From NCBI GenBank assembly GCA_000320545.1, contig ADNK01001740.1:1-64000 (forward strand): a DNA stretch of 64,000 bases, in the 5' to 3' direction. Origin of the DNA: Bigelowiella natans CCMP2755 (lineage: Eukaryota > Protista > Cercozoa). Below the pieces are notes generated by a model. It did no database searches. It saw only the letters and a program-made list of their open reading frames with translations, and had not been told where the DNA came from. The translations under genes and the position numbers were made by a program. Shown here in pieces: positions 21,318 through 36,148 of this stretch (the first letter of the stretch is position 1; each line of letters starts with the position of its first letter).

Positions 21318-22918
21318 TAGAGCTGGGCACAAATAATTTTTTTTATTTGGAAATACTTTGCTTTATTGCTTCTGAACAAGTGTTTGATTTGAACAAACAA
21401 TGCCTACATGTCGCGAAACTAGTGTTTGGTTTGTTCAAATGATGTTCGAACAAGAAGCAGCATTTGCAAATATTTTCCTGTGAAAATCATTTGCAAATAA
21501 TTTGAAAAATTTGAAACGTTCCCGCGCAGCTGTGCGCAAAGCACGACATGACAGACCAAATCGCAATGCATTTGAATGCGCATTGTGCAACGTGTGACAA
21601 AGGGAACAAACAATCGCACAGGCACAACTTCACAACTCATTGCAGATAGACATAGTTGTTGCGTAGACGCTGTGCGCATGTAGATGTGCAGCATCATGGC
21701 GCACACATGCTGCCATTGAAAAGATTTAATCACTTCATTGCATCCGTCTCATGGCTACTCAGGACTCAGGACTCAGCCCCACAGACTCAGGAACCATTTT
21801 TCTCCACTTTGCAACCTCCAGCTGTGCCTTTCTCGTGTTTGAGAACTTTCCAAAATCTGTCCAACTTTGACAATTTGTTGAGCATCACCAATGCTTCAGC
21901 TGTGTCTGTCGACAATGCACTTCGACGCGCTGTCAGTGTCAAGCCACACAACAAGAAGATGCGTTCGGACTCGACTGACGCAGCTTCAAATCATCATTTT
22001 CCTTTTCATGCCGAGTGATGCTTCTCCAAAGTGGAGCTTCATGCATGAAGATGCATTCTAATGGAAAATGACAAGCCCTGCGGGTGGGGTTGTCAATTGC
22101 AAATGCAATTTGAAACAGTGCCAACATGGCATCTGATTGGTTGTTTCTTTGGTGAAATCAGGGAAGCAAAAGCAATGCAGCATGTTGCAGACACATGTTT
22201 TTGATTGCTAGTTTGTTGCACCAATGAGAATGAGCTGCGCTCTCGCAAGATGTGCACGATCGCAACAGCAGCTGCTGCACGTGCTGCTGACTAGCTAGCC
22301 CTAGCTGACCAGAGCTAGCATGAAGTTTCATCAGTGCGAGATGCTGGCGAGATGGTGGCGAGATGGTGGCGAGACGGATGCAATGAAATGATCTGTCACT
22401 TTTTTCAATGGTCCGTCACAATCTAGGACTGCACAGCCTGGCATGTGCAGTCCAACAGCACCAGAGCAGCAGTGCGCAGCACGTGTGCTAGCGCATGGCA
22501 TGGCGGCTGTGTGCGTGCATGCTGTGCATGCGCAGCACGTGCGCAGGCCTAGCTAGCTAGCCTGGTCGCCGTGGCCACGTGGGTAATTTTTCTTCAGAAA
22601 TTCACCGACAACGCAAGCTCAGGCGATCTAGTGATGTCGGTAATGATTGGCCACGCTAGACGCATGCAAAAGCTCAATTTTGGTGATTTTCTTGAAACAT
22701 TTCCAAAAACGTTTGCAAACATGTTTGATTTGATTTGGTTTGAACAAATGCGAACATTTTGAAAAATTGTCTCCAAACACCAAACTCTTGCAAACTTGTG
22801 TTTGGTTTGTTCAAATGCTACTCTAGCTCATGCAAACAAGTGTTTGATTTGAACAAATGATGTTTGTTCAAACGTGTTTGCAAATGCATTTGTTTTCAAG
22901 CATTTGTGCCCAGCCCTG
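21318..22918. mobile_element. Non-autonomous hAT-superfamily DNA transposon (~1.6 kb)
   Basis: 18-bp TIRs TAGAGCTGGGCACAAATA (21318-21335) and CATTTGTGCCCAGCCCTG (22901-22918), 15/18 match. Exact 8-bp TSD GTCACATC at 21310-21317 and 22919-22926. Repeated subterminal TGTTTG/CAAACA motifs at both ends. Confidence 0.85.
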
Positions 22919-24070
22919 GTCACATCATGTCGACATGCTTGTGTCATCCATGTACCAGCCATAGTCCGCCCACTGCTAGATCTAGAGATGCGTGTGGCTG
23001 AGCTTCGATCGCGAGTGGACCACACAGTGGACTTTGAGCATTCACTGGAATGCACAGGAATGCCAGAGATGAGCACCAGCCGCCCACTGTTTGTCTCTGT
23101 CTTTGCCAACGATGCTTCGACAAGCAGCAAATTGTTGCCACTGTGCCACAGGTGTGAAGACTGAAGGCAGAGCACGCGTTGCGCCTGTTGCCACTGTCTA
23201 GCTGGTGATTCGCCGACCACTTTCAGTGCATGCGCGACGAGCGCCTCCAGCTAGTGCCAAAGTAGCTAGGCCTCCTGCTAGAGTCTGATCCAGCGCTGCT
23301 GATCAAAGCAGGCAGCAACAACACTGCTACTCACTGCACATGCTGTTCTGTGTCTAGAACAAAGAACTAGCTAGCTAGCTAGCGCTGAAGCGCAATGGCG
23401 CAGCGCGTGTGTGGACGCAGCGCATGTCAGTTGAATTGACGGCATCGCCGATGTGCGGCGACGCAGCGACGACGAACAGCATGATAGACACAGTAATATC
23501 ACATGTGTAACATGTACATGGCATTACATGTCTGTGATGAGCATCATGCTCACAACAGACACAGCAACATCACACACACAATGTGCACATGTCCACAATC
23601 AGCAACACGTTGGTCTTGAGCACCTCCTCCGCCTCCACCTGGCTCAGTTTGCTATTGTGGGAATGTACCAACCCAGCATGCTGGCATGGATGAATGAATG
23701 CCAGAACGACAAGACTGCTGGTCGAACGGGTTGATGTGTGCGACGCTCATTGCTTGTGTGTTCACGTGTGCTGACGTTGATCATCCGCGCTTTCAAAGTG
23801 TTGCACGACACTTGGAAAACACGAAACGCAGTACCTCGAGCTTGAAACAACGAAAACACCATGGTGTGCAAACCAGCATGGTGCAGAAAACGAGGAACAT
23901 TGAACATTGCATTGAACGAGGACTCTGGATCCATGCGAGTTCACTTCGTCTTTCTTGGAGATCTTTTAACAACCAACAGCATCGGATGTCGTAGAAAATA
24001 AATGCTGTGAATTACCACATGCCCGATTTATTTTTAAAACTAAGGCGGAAATAAAAAATCGGCCAGAAGA

Positions 24071-25494
24071 ATGGCGACCCCTGCTCCCGTGGATGAGACT
24101 GTCTCGGTATGCCTTCTGCAGTCCTCCCCATAGGCACAAATTGACTATCTGAGTAGAGGGGGGGATGTTTGTTTGAATATACTTTTTGATGCGTAAATTC
24201 AACATGAATCGTGTTCAATGTGCGGAGGAAAGATACAATTTCAACAACGAAAGAAGGGCATGCTCGATAATTAAGAAAGCGGGACTGTAATGCCAAAGAA
24301 ATCACGCAGATGTTCACCTATAGATGTTCAGTTACATATGAATTTGATACTACGATTAACAATATTTTAATTGTTTCCATGTAGGACCTCGTCACGAGGT
24401 ATGAAGAACACAAATCGCAGGTATGGCCGATAAAATATCGCCCGTGCAAACGATAAAGCACAGTTGTTCGATTCTTCCGTGGAAGAATGTAGAAATGCAT
24501 TTCACGACAACGTGCATAACTATTATCTGGAGGTTGTATGTACGATACTCCTAAGCCTGCGAAATAACACGCTCTTTCCGCGCAGCTTGGGCTTGTCTTC
24601 AATGCTACCCCACGGCATCGTCCGCCAACCCTAATCTCCTCTGTTACGTGTGATACACAGCTCGAGCAGGTGGGACAGCTCTTGCGAGCGAAGCCTGGAG
24701 ATCCTACTCTGATGAAGTTGTACGACGATCTGAAAAAAGTCGTGGAGCTGACCGAGGATCTCAAGAAAACACAAGAAGAGAAAAAAGCGAGTGAGGTCAA
24801 TGTTGGAGACCGCTGCGAGGCTGTCTGGTCCGAGGATGGGAAGTGGTAATAGACAATTAATAGAAGAAGGTTGTAGTTGTGGTAGGAGAAAGCGTATTCT
24901 TTAACCCAAATGATATCGGCGAATGTCGCCGAGCTGTTGTGGCCTGCTTTCCTTCGGAGAGAAAAATTGGGGCGAAGAAGCTATGATTGTACCTATTCCG
25001 CATTTTCGTATGTTTCCACAGCAAATCTGTTACTGATGTATTTCATTCCCTCGTTTCTTATAGTCACTGCGATTTGCATCCCCCTTGCAGGTACACCGCA
25101 CGCATTGACGCTAAGGATCCTGAAAGTAAGCACTTCAGCGTGACCTTCCTGGTGTATGGGAACGCTGGCCAAGTCGCACCCGAGAACATTCGACCCTACC
25201 GGCACGCGAGGAAAAGCCAAGTGCGCGTGGGTATGGAAGTGAGGGCCTATTACGAAACCGACGGTCTGTTTTACCCCGCGACCGTCGAGACTATCACCTC
25301 GGGGGGGCTCTATCGCGTCGCATTTCGAGGGTATAATTATAAGGTTGAGCTGCCCCTTACGGACATACTCCCCATCAAGCAGGCCAACGATGATGCTATG
25401 CCTGAGAAAGCTGTCATTCCGGAGCATCTCAAGATCAAGTCCACCGATAACGACAAGCAGAAAGATGTAAAATAGTTATATCGATGTACCTATG

Positions 25495-25529
<35 letters not shown>

Positions 25530-25563
25530 TATGTGTGTGTGTGTGTGTGTGTGTGCGTGTTTC

Positions 25564-25614
<51 letters not shown>

Positions 25615-26290
25615 GTGGGGTTTATTAACATCCATGCACATGTTATATTAATTCGTTCCGCCTTCCCATTCGCTCTCCTTACAGTTAAAAAAGAAGAAAA
25701 TAAAGGCGATTAAATCTAAATTCCGCAAGCGCAAAGCTGAAATGGTAACGGAGAAGAAAAAGGTAATAAATATTTAGAACGAACGTGCTTGTCCGCTTGC
25801 GTCCTCCACACCGCAGCATCTCGGTTGTATTGATGAAAATGGATTGTGACGACTATGCGTATGATGCTGCTGCTGCTAAGTTGACTTTGACACTACTATC
25901 TCTTAGAACAATTGGAAACAGTTTTTGAATGGTGGCAAGAAGAAGCTCAAAGCCCTCAAGGTAATTTCTTTCCTCGTTTCTCTTTGATTTCTTTTTTTTT
26001 TGGCGCTACTCCGAATACCTCCTAAATGCCCTTCCTCCTTCCATACACCTTCTCAAGAACAAGAAAAGGAGTATCTTCGCGTCTCCAGATAGTGTCGATG
26101 GCAGGGTAGGCGTCGTTGGAAGCGGTAATGGTGAATTGAGTCGTAAGGACTCCTCTTTGATTCGGCGGGTGAAGCTGAACTTTGTCTATCATTCGCAATG
26201 TTTGTAGGCAAAGCGATGACGAATTTCCACGATCGGACGAGGCACACATTTGATGGCGCGGACCCGCAGCAGGAGATGCAGCTACCGTGA
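24071..26290 (+). CDS. SMNDC1: Tudor-domain splicing factor SPF30/SMNDC1-like, multi-exon
   Basis: MATPAPVDETVS/DLVTRYEEHKSQ/LEQVGQLL..PGDPTLMKLYDDLKKVVELT, two Tudor domains (VGDRCEAVWSEDGKWYTARI; VGMEVRAYYETDGLFYPATV), NNWKQF and SIFASPDSVDGRVGVVGSGKAMT. GT-AG introns. Confidence 0.85.
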
Positions 26291-26556
26291 TTTTTTGATT
26301 GATAAATTGTGACAAATTTGCGGTTAGAGGCGGCTGCAATATGATGTAGAGTAATGGAACGTGTCAATCTTGAGCCCTTTTATACATCGTGCTCTCGTCA
26401 GACAGCCTGTCTGCATAATTCAAGTAAACAAGTAGTTCTATTTATAGTGCAGCCTTGAGCGCACCGTGCATGTCCCGTATGTCGTGAACATGTATGGAGT
26501 GAGTTCGTGAGTCAAGGAGATGGTACACCTATTACGCAGTTTATACATGCATAATA

Positions 26557-26592
<36 letters not shown>

Positions 26593-27357
26593 TGTGGAGA
26601 ATGACTTTCTAGCTTTGTCTAGTTGTGCACACACATGCAATCATGTGAACTTGAAGAACTATAAAGTGTCTGTAGAACCTGACCTCTAGCTGACTAGAAC
26701 ACTAGAACATGGCATTTACTAGATTAGACAACATGTGCAGTTTCGCACGTCATAAGACACATGCATATCTAGACTTGGAACATGCTAGAATACCTAGATG
26801 AGCTTTGGCGTGGCGTTCATACATGCTATATGAATGGCGATGTGATGCATGCCCTGGCACAACAAAGAATCAACACAGTGCTGCTGCCTGTGTACAGGCA
26901 TATAATACAAGCCAATATAATATATATTAAAACGATGCGCTTTGTACGACAGTCTAGAAATGTAGTTACACTATATGCACGATCGAATCGCCGCATATGG
27001 CATGGCGATATGCAACACACATTGGCTACGTGGGGCCTTGATCACATGTTCACTACAGTGATGTATGCTACACAATCTATTTTGTTCATTGTGTTGATCA
27101 ATGTCCGCATATATATCTACATACATATTTGCATGGAACACATAATAGCGGAAACCAACAGATTCAACATCAGGCGCTGTAGCCGCTGCGTTGCATAGCT
27201 ACATAAGGATGACTATTGAACAAATTTAATTTATTAATTGCACCCGTCTTACATGTGTATATGTAATACCAAACATAACTACATTGGGATGACCATTGAA
27301 ATGCTTTAATTTATTCATTACAACCGTCTCATAACACCAAACAGAAGCCATACGTAG

Positions 27358-27390
<33 letters not shown>

Positions 27391-27422
27391 TATTACATTT
27401 ACTGTGTCTATAGTCCACCATA

Positions 27423-28694
27423 TCATTCTGCACTTTTTCTTTTTTTCCCGGCGACAGTTCTAGCTCTCACGAAATTTTCATCGTCAATCGGACCCCAACA
27501 TTCACCGTGATCGCCCTCAAGTTCAATTCGATAAGGATTTCCCCCGTCCCACAATGCTGCAATCTTTCCCGGCAGCCACTTATCACAACGGGCTTCTACG
27601 AGGTCGCCAACCTTGAAACGGAGCTCATCCTTTGCCTTGCAATCCATGAATCCGTCCTTAAGTGCCTTTTTATCTAAATTCTTTCCAATGAAGACGAATC
27701 GGCATTCTCGCTTCTCGCCTTCTTTCCACCTCTGCTTGTATGTGTCAAACCCCCCAGAAAAGAGCATGTGAACGCCCTGAAACACAAACTTTTTCACAAT
27801 GCCCTTGACAGCAAGCACGCCTTTGTATCGGTAAAGGTCATTAGCTTTCGTTTGAATGAGCTTCCCAATCCACATTTGGAGTTTATTATGATTCAGCTCT
27901 CCTTCGAACTTACAGCTCACAGATGAAACACTTGTATCGTGCTCATGTTCAGCTTCTGTGTCCAGAAATTCAGGATCTTTTTCGAGGGTGCGTGACAGAT
28001 CAAACGAGCCGATGTTTATCAGATGTTTGGGGTGTACAACACTGTTGGTACACTTGAAGATGGGCGCCGTGGCATTGATTGCCTTTATTGATTTTTCAAC
28101 CTTTTCGAGCTCCTTTTCGTCCTTGACCAGGTCGACTTTGTTCAGGAGGACACGGTCGGCAAATGCAAGCTGTTCTACGGCTTCGTTCTCTACACCATCC
28201 GGCTTCTTTTCGTTGAGGTGTGGAAGGATGTGCTTGGCATCGACGACTGTGATGATGCCATCGAGCTTGTATAATTTTTCTACCGTGTCGTCAACGAAAA
28301 AGGTTTGGGCAACTGGAGCAGGATCAGCCAACCCTGTGGTTTCGATGATAACCCCATCAAATTTCTCAATCTTCTTGTGAATCTTCTTCAGAACTTTTGA
28401 CAGGTCTCCGCGTACTGTGCAGCAAATGCATCCGTTCATCACCTCGATGATCTGCTCGTCGGTCTTATCTACCGAGAGTACCTTCTCATCAACCCCAACC
28501 TAAGAATCAGTGCAAATTGCTAAGGCGGACCAATGCGTATCGAAGTTCCACGTTAAGAGTACCTCTCCGAATTCATTCTCAATGACCGCAAACTTCATCT
28601 TGTGCTCATTGCTTGTTAAGAGATGATTCAAAAGCGTGGTCTTGCCAGCTCCAAGGAAACCGGTCAATATCGTCACGGGTATCTTCTTTGACAT
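27423..28694 (-). CDS. CobW/ZNG1 (COG0523) Zn-metallochaperone GTPase; one 63-nt intron at 28500-28562
   Basis: [55 protein letters not shown], and Cob[28 protein letters not shown]. Confidence 0.95.
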
Positions 28695-29294
28695 TGCGCG
28701 TGGTTCCAATGTGCAGATGCGTGGAAGCGTTCGTAGGAGCGAGGAAGGGAGTGTAAATCGGAAACACGATGCGAGACAACTGCGAAGTGCGATAACGAAC
28801 GAAAAATGAACTGAATTCATTCATTGCGACATCGTTATTTCGATATAGATATTACATTCTAGCATCTCGGCAGGTTTTCTGAGATTTGCAGGCCGATTTC
28901 CATGGGTCTATCTCAGAATCAGCTTGTAAATATATTTTGGCGTGTCAGAGCATCAAGGAAAGCAAACATCATTGCATTTTACTTCTGCGACAAAGGTGAA
29001 GACTGAATTTTCTCTGCAATACGAGGGTACAACAACTATCTGAAGATTCGTGCGACCCCCACACCGACCTAACTTCGCCCGCTCCTCCTTTTAACTGGTA
29101 GTGAAGCAGTCTAAACCACCAGCGTTGCGATTTCGTATTTTCTGAGTAAATGTAATACATCGTGAAACCCTTCATCCAGATGTATCGTAGCTCATTCTCA
29201 CTTTTCCTTGTGTAATTCGAAGAACAGCTTTCCTTCGTAATGTTCCTTCACTTGTACGTCGCCGAAGCGCGAGGACTACCCGTCTCAGATAACC

Positions 29295-30244
29295 ATGGGC
29301 GTTCTGGTAGCGTAAAATTGTAGAAGAAGGAGGACATCTTTGAATGTTCTTTGTCCCTTCAGATCCATATTTAAAGTTTAAAGTTAATGGCAAGAAGTAT
29401 CGAACGGGGACTGTCAATGAAAGACTCAACCCGATCTGGACCTCCCACTTCACTGTTGATAAATTGAAGGCAATTCGATTTCTGTTTTGCATTTATTTTC
29501 ATTTTTTTGCTCTGTCGGTTCAAATTCGACTGGCGGCCACACATGCAAGCAACAACGAAGAACACACTGAAGAAGACGCAAGAGACATGCGATCCAAAAT
29601 ACTAACTATTATGGGTTCAACATGGGTATATGAATGCATCTTGCAATCCAATAAAACTATTTAAGGGGGACGAAGAGCTTGAGCTTACAGTGTGGGACGC
29701 TGATAGCCGCCTTTCAAAGCAGGTTAGGTTTATTTGCCAAACAGCAGTTACAACATACTGGCATTGTATCATCAAAATTAGAATTATTTTGAAAATAACT
29801 TTCCTTCCATGCCCCGAAGATATAAACCAGCGCAATATAAAAGAGTCACTAAACTTGACTATTTTCGGAATCCAATGTTTGAACCCATACCGCTCATTTT
29901 TATGCATCTTCGGCTCACGGATAAACGCGCTGGAAGCAGCCATCGTGATTAGATTAAATGAAACGAGAGATATTCCTCAACGGCAGACATGAATTTTTGT
30001 TTGATACTAGGACCTCCTTGGTATTTATCCGATGAAAGTCTCCAAAATCCCCGATGAGGTGTTGTTATAGAATCATCACCCTGAATCCCATCCCACTGAA
30101 CTTCCAATCATCACCAACTTGATAGCCCATAGTAATATCTTCCTTCTTCTCCATAGGGCATGTGCGGGTGGTGCTCACTGCTTGATGGGGAATCAAAGCA
30201 ACCATCTTTGGAAACAGGTCAATCAATAGTACACACACATACAA

Positions 30245-30318
<74 letters not shown>

Positions 30319-30959
30319 CAAGTCCTCTCATTTGCCCGGAAAAATACACGTAAATAAAAAAGCCTATCGGCACACGATTGAATCATTTTACGCAAGGACC
30401 TGTGTTTCTGAGATATATGCAAATCACCACTTTTCTTAGGAGAGCTGCGGCTAATGGCATGGCTACAAAAGGAGGGGGGCAAACCTGATATGAAGGCACG
30501 AGATAAAGCCTTCGCCGATTTGTTGGACGCCGAAAAAAAGAGCGCATCAAGTGGTTCAGTCGAGGTGCTGCTGCTACATAATGCGTCCGCGCCATTCGAT
30601 ACCAAACATCCCATAGCTCTTAGAACCTTCGACTAGGACAACCCCATGCAATGATCTCACCTAAATTCTTACGCTCTCTGGGAATTTGGGGGAGAGGAAA
30701 AGGCAGTTCTTCACAGTAGTAGTGTAATTTCGCCTGGTAAATCCAATGGCAGGTTTTTGTTGGAAGCTGGAACGTTGGGAATGCTCAAACAGGTCACTAA
30801 ATAAGATAGGCGGAAGCGCGTGCTTGTGTGCGTGTAAGAGCGTACAGTGGTTTTGGTTGCATGTTTTTGAGTGTGATTGTAAACAAATAGGCGATTTATC
30901 GGATTGGATCCCAAAAGACAAGTATGTTACTGACACACACACATACTAATAAGTGTGTG

Positions 30960-31002
<43 letters not shown>

Positions 31003-32093
31003 TTGCGTGTGTGTACCGGACTCTCTGTGTGTGTGCGTGTAATTACACCTCATGTATAGCACGTATGTAGTAGCATTTCTGTGTATGACACCTACCTCGA
31101 AAAACAAATACTGTCGCAGGACGCGAAACCCGTAGGAATGTCGTTTATTGTGTATTTTCTCAGATACCCTGTCTACGTGATCGGGGCTCAGGAATGCGAG
31201 TACAAAGCAAGGGAGGGATGCAAAACGTGCATGGTGATAAAAACAAGAGGGGGGGGGGGGGGGGCAAACAAGCACGCCGCGCACTCAATCCCCATACTTC
31301 TTCACCTTCAAAGCTACCTACAATACCGAAATGTGTTTGATATTGAGGCGTTGCATCATCATATCAGGACGACTGGGTGAAATATCTTAGCGAAGCTATA
31401 GGAGAGAAGGTGCTTTGTTCTCTCTGTCTGCTCTCTTTACTTCCCCTCTTCCTTGACAGTTTCGTTAACACCGTGGCATAAGGGTGCTTTCCCAAGTTTT
31501 TTTTAATTTTTAATAGATTTTTTTTAAGGCAAAGTAATTAAAGGACAACTCCCTTGGCCAAATGGGCTTGCCAATTTTTTGGACCCTTTCCCCCCAATCG
31601 ATAATACCCACCCCCCCCAAACCGCAATTGAAAAGCCTTAATTTTCCCCAAAAAATTTTAATGAAATTTTGAAAATCCCCCCACACACCCACACACCCCC
31701 ACCCACACATACCCCCACGCCCCCGCACCCATAAAAAAAAATATGGGAAATTTTGGAAAAAAAAAAGAGGATGGCCTTTGTCCTAAAGTTTAGAAAAATA
31801 TAGGGAAAATTTTGTAGGATTTCTCCCGGCTAAATCATTTTTGGGGTATTGGGGGGAAGGTTTTTTTGACCCCCCCCCCCCCCCCCCTACCCTGGGTAGG
31901 AGTTACCCCCCCCCTCCTTTATTATATTATCACCATCCTCACCACCATTCTCATCATTCTCAACCTCACAGCGATTTCCTAATTATTTGAATGTATTGTG
32001 TGAAGGCACTGACGATGCTCGAGGAAACATTACGAATATCATCAGCCGTAAGGAAGCAACAGGTAGGCATGCGTATCATGCCAAATCAACCTT

Positions 32094-32132
<39 letters not shown>

Positions 32133-32401
32133 GTGTGTGTGTATCTGTGTATATATAAATTTTTATAGTCATTAATTTGCGTGTAATTATATGTGTCTTG
32201 TATGTGTGTAGGAATCGGCCACGTTATAAACAACAAAGGAGGTAAGTAACCCTAATGCTCAAGCCATGTCAAAATGGAGAATATGACTCCTGTTCCAAGC
32301 GCTGCTATGGATCGGCCTTCCCTCCCCCCCTTCCTTTTCTCTCTCGCGTTCCATCTATAGAAGCTGCAGCTATTGCTGTTTGACATCCAATGATTTATTG
32401 C

Positions 32402-32436
<35 letters not shown>

Positions 32437-32553
32437 GTAACGTTGCATTGGAAGGAACCGGTGTGGGGTTCAAGTATAAAGATACAAGAATGGTACTAGT
32501 AGTAGTAGTAGCAGTAGTAGTAGTAACGAGAGGACGACTTGTTTCTAGCTAGT

Positions 32554-32619
<66 letters not shown>

Positions 32620-32721
32620 CTACTATTAAGAGAAGGGGAGACGGATAAGGAGAAACGATACAAGAGAAGAGAAAGAGAATAAGAGAGAGTAGACTGCTAT
32701 TAGTGCTTTGACTAATTAGGC

Positions 32722-32764
<43 letters not shown>

Positions 32765-32950
32765 TACAATAACATGATATGTGCGGCGCATTTACTTAGC
32801 TATTCATCAACGCACACCTGGCTGCTCACCAAGGCGAGGTGAGGCACTTCCGACTAAAACAGAGGCAAAAGGCTGTAAAATAAAGATATCATTATATAAC
32901 ATTACACAAAACCCTATGAAGATTCTTGTCCAGCCACCTCGTATATTATG

Positions 32951-32997
<47 letters not shown>

Positions 32998-33793
32998 TAT
33001 ATGATAGGTCGTTCGGCGGAACTCTGACGTGCAGGAGATATTACAGGGAGTGGCGACAACTCTCACTGAGGTAATTTTTTCAAGACTCAAAATGGTTTTA
33101 CGAGGCGCCTGCCAGTCATTCTATTGAGGGGAGAAAAAGGGAAAACAAATTGCGAATGGAGAATGCATGGCCTCATTACTTAACGCGAGATAGATATCTC
33201 GAGAGCGCGTGCTGCTGCTGCCGCTGCTGCTGCTGGAATGAGAGCAGAACGAAGACGTGTGTGTCTTTTGGTCCGATGTCCAAAGCATGAACTCGTCTTT
33301 TCAAGCACCGTTTGAGTTCTACTAGTATCACACAGTTTCAGCGTTTTACTTCTAGAGAAAAATAAATTAACCCCCCACCACTTTCCCCCTCCCCCCCCTC
33401 CCCTATTTAGGTCCCAGGGAATCAAATAACAGGAGACTACGATCATATCATCTTTTTGGGCGATCTGAACTACAGGCTGGACTATGGCGACCAAGGTTAA
33501 ATTTCGGATATGTTGCGCTCAACCCCCTCCCCCCCGTACGGGATCTGACTGTGAGGCGTTTGATCTGTGACAAAAGCAGCCAACCATGCATTTGTTCGTC
33601 AATATTGTGTTTGGTCATCAGGAGATAAGAAGAAACCATCAAAGGCACTTTACAAAGAAATGGTACCCGAATTCACTTGAGATTATATTACCTCTCTGCT
33701 GGCTCTAGCGGGCTATTACTCCTCCTCACCCCCCCCCCCCCTCCTATATATATATCTCTCTCACACGGCTAGATACTCGCAAAGTATAGAAGA

Positions 33794-33860
<67 letters not shown>

Positions 33861-34257
33861 CTATTCATTAGTGCCAAATGGTAGAGAAGGAGAAGTTCTC
33901 AGAGCTCTTTGCGAAGGATCAGCTGACCCGAGAACTAAAAGCTGGAAATGTAAGATATGACAACCAGAGCAACATCCAATAACAGAGAGGACAGGGTTAG
34001 AGGAAAGGAAGGGGGGGGGGGGTGGGAGTTGGACGGGACAGACAGAAGAAATAATTATTATTGACAAAAATTGATGTTTCTCTAGGTGATGGCTGGGTTC
34101 ACTGAGGGAAGCTACAAGCACCCCCCTACTTTCAAGGTAAGAATGGCTCGTGTTTCTATGCCGTGCCGCAGTAGTAGTAGTAGTAGTAGTGGTTGTATGC
34201 ATGGGTATTTTGGAGAGAGATGAAGGAGGAATGCGAGATAGAGGAGAGAGCGAGAAG

Positions 34258-34297
<40 letters not shown>

Positions 34298-34656
34298 TAG
34301 TACTACGAGAATAACAGCAGCCCTAAAATACGACGATGCGCGTGGAATTGGAAGCAAACATCCAGCTATCATGTATGCCTCAAGAGCCTTTCTACTGCTT
34401 CTCAAAAGACTCAAAACAGCGTATTAAAGGAAGAATAATAGCACGAGTTCCTAGTGGCTATGGGCATGCGTGACGTGCAAACTGCCACCACACTTACCAT
34501 AATGTGAGTCTTGATAAGTCTTTCTAATGACAAGCCTGTGCTCTTTAACGTATAAAGGTCGTCAAGGGGAAAAAACTCGAGTACAATGAGGAAAGGTAAG
34601 AAGAGTACACTCAATATCCCTAAAAATAGAAGAGTTTTATCGTGATGACAGAGAAG

Positions 34657-34698
<42 letters not shown>

Positions 34699-34920
34699 TT
34701 TGTCTATGTATCATGCTGTGCGCAGATCTCCAGCCTACTGCGACAGAGTGCTATGGCTATCGAATACTAAGGACCAAATCAAAGATTCAGGTGATTACAT
34801 TACTGGCCCTTTGATGCTGTTTGAATTTCGGCACGTGTCTGTGTGTGTGTGTGTGTGCGCGCGCGCGCGTGTGTGTGCGAGTGTACAAAATAGAAATATA
34901 TATTTAATATATCCCATATG

Positions 34921-34955
<35 letters not shown>

Positions 34956-35837
34956 GCGTATGTCGCACACACTTGATGTTAAATCTCAGGTGTACGAGCT
35001 GCCATCGACGTCATCACGTCGGTTTATAGATGCAGAAATACGCAACAACTTCCCACAAATTCCTAACCCTCTGCCTAAAAACAGCCTCACTCCGTATATG
35101 CTACCCTGTCGCCTAGCGACGGCTACTACTACTACTACTACTACTACTACTCCTACATGACAAAAAACACATTTAACACGATGGTGGCCTCGTGATGCAC
35201 TTGTGCTGCTGCCCGTGATTACGTGTACTTCTCTCTTTCAGGTCGGATCACAAGCCTATATCAAACATCTTGCAGGTAGCAGACACTTTTGCTGCAGAAT
35301 GATGCCTTCATGGTTTTGGCTGACCATAGAAGAAGAGGCGTAGCTTTTTATCTAATTTTTGCTGCCTTTGTCTTGGCATCGCTGATATGACTCGTTGTTC
35401 ATCGTCTACCACTGTTTCGTTCTCGTTCCCTCCCCCCACCACCACCGGTTCAGATCCCATACTACTCGCTCGCAATGCCAATACAGGACGATGCGAAGAA
35501 GTGCATAGTCACGTTCAACAAGCTCTCGGTCTGACCACCGATTTAGAGATAGGCTATGCGTGCTTCATTGTTTTGCTCCGTCATGGTTTGGAGTGACAAC
35601 GGAGCTCTCTCTTGGAAGGGAAATCCACTGAGCTAGCAAATGTGGGCACATCCCCGCTGAGAGAGGACGCAAACGCCTGAATCTGATCGAAATGAGAGCG
35701 CGTAATAACTTATAACGTGATTCGTTTTCTCTCCACTCCTCGCATTTTTGTAGGTGTCAGGTCTGCCAACGATGGACAACAACGGTATTATTTGGATGGA
35801 GAGGAGGAGGAGGAGGGAAGAGGATGATGGGACCGTT

Positions 35838-35878
<41 letters not shown>

Positions 35879-36090
35879 TATATCGTGAGTCACTATACAT
35901 TAATGAATCATTTAAACACTTTTCAGGTCTGTGTGACCCTTACGTCGACTTCCTGGTATGGCATAATACGTATCCTAGAGACAGTGGGAGGCGAGAAAGG
36001 ATTAGGATATTCCTAGTGAAAGCTTTTTAGCGGATTTGTTGTAAAAACTTTGAAGAGAGCAGTTTCAAATCGCTCATAGGGACATAAACA

Positions 36091-36148
<58 letters not shown>

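Noticed and set aside
22336-22378. 11-bp tandem GCGAGATGGTG x4
   Set aside because: Minisatellite inside the hAT element; no independent function evident.
21419-23994. Many overlapping Cys/His-rich ORFs in the ORF track
   Set aside because: Explained by loss of TAA/TAG stops in TpA-depleted DNA. No recognisable domains; a possible BED-finger relic near 22020-22140 is too degraded to call.
31490-31925. Homopolymer-rich stretch inside the 5-phosphatase gene
   Set aside because: Looks like low-quality read-end sequence at an assembly join rather than a biological element; expected exons seem to be missing here.
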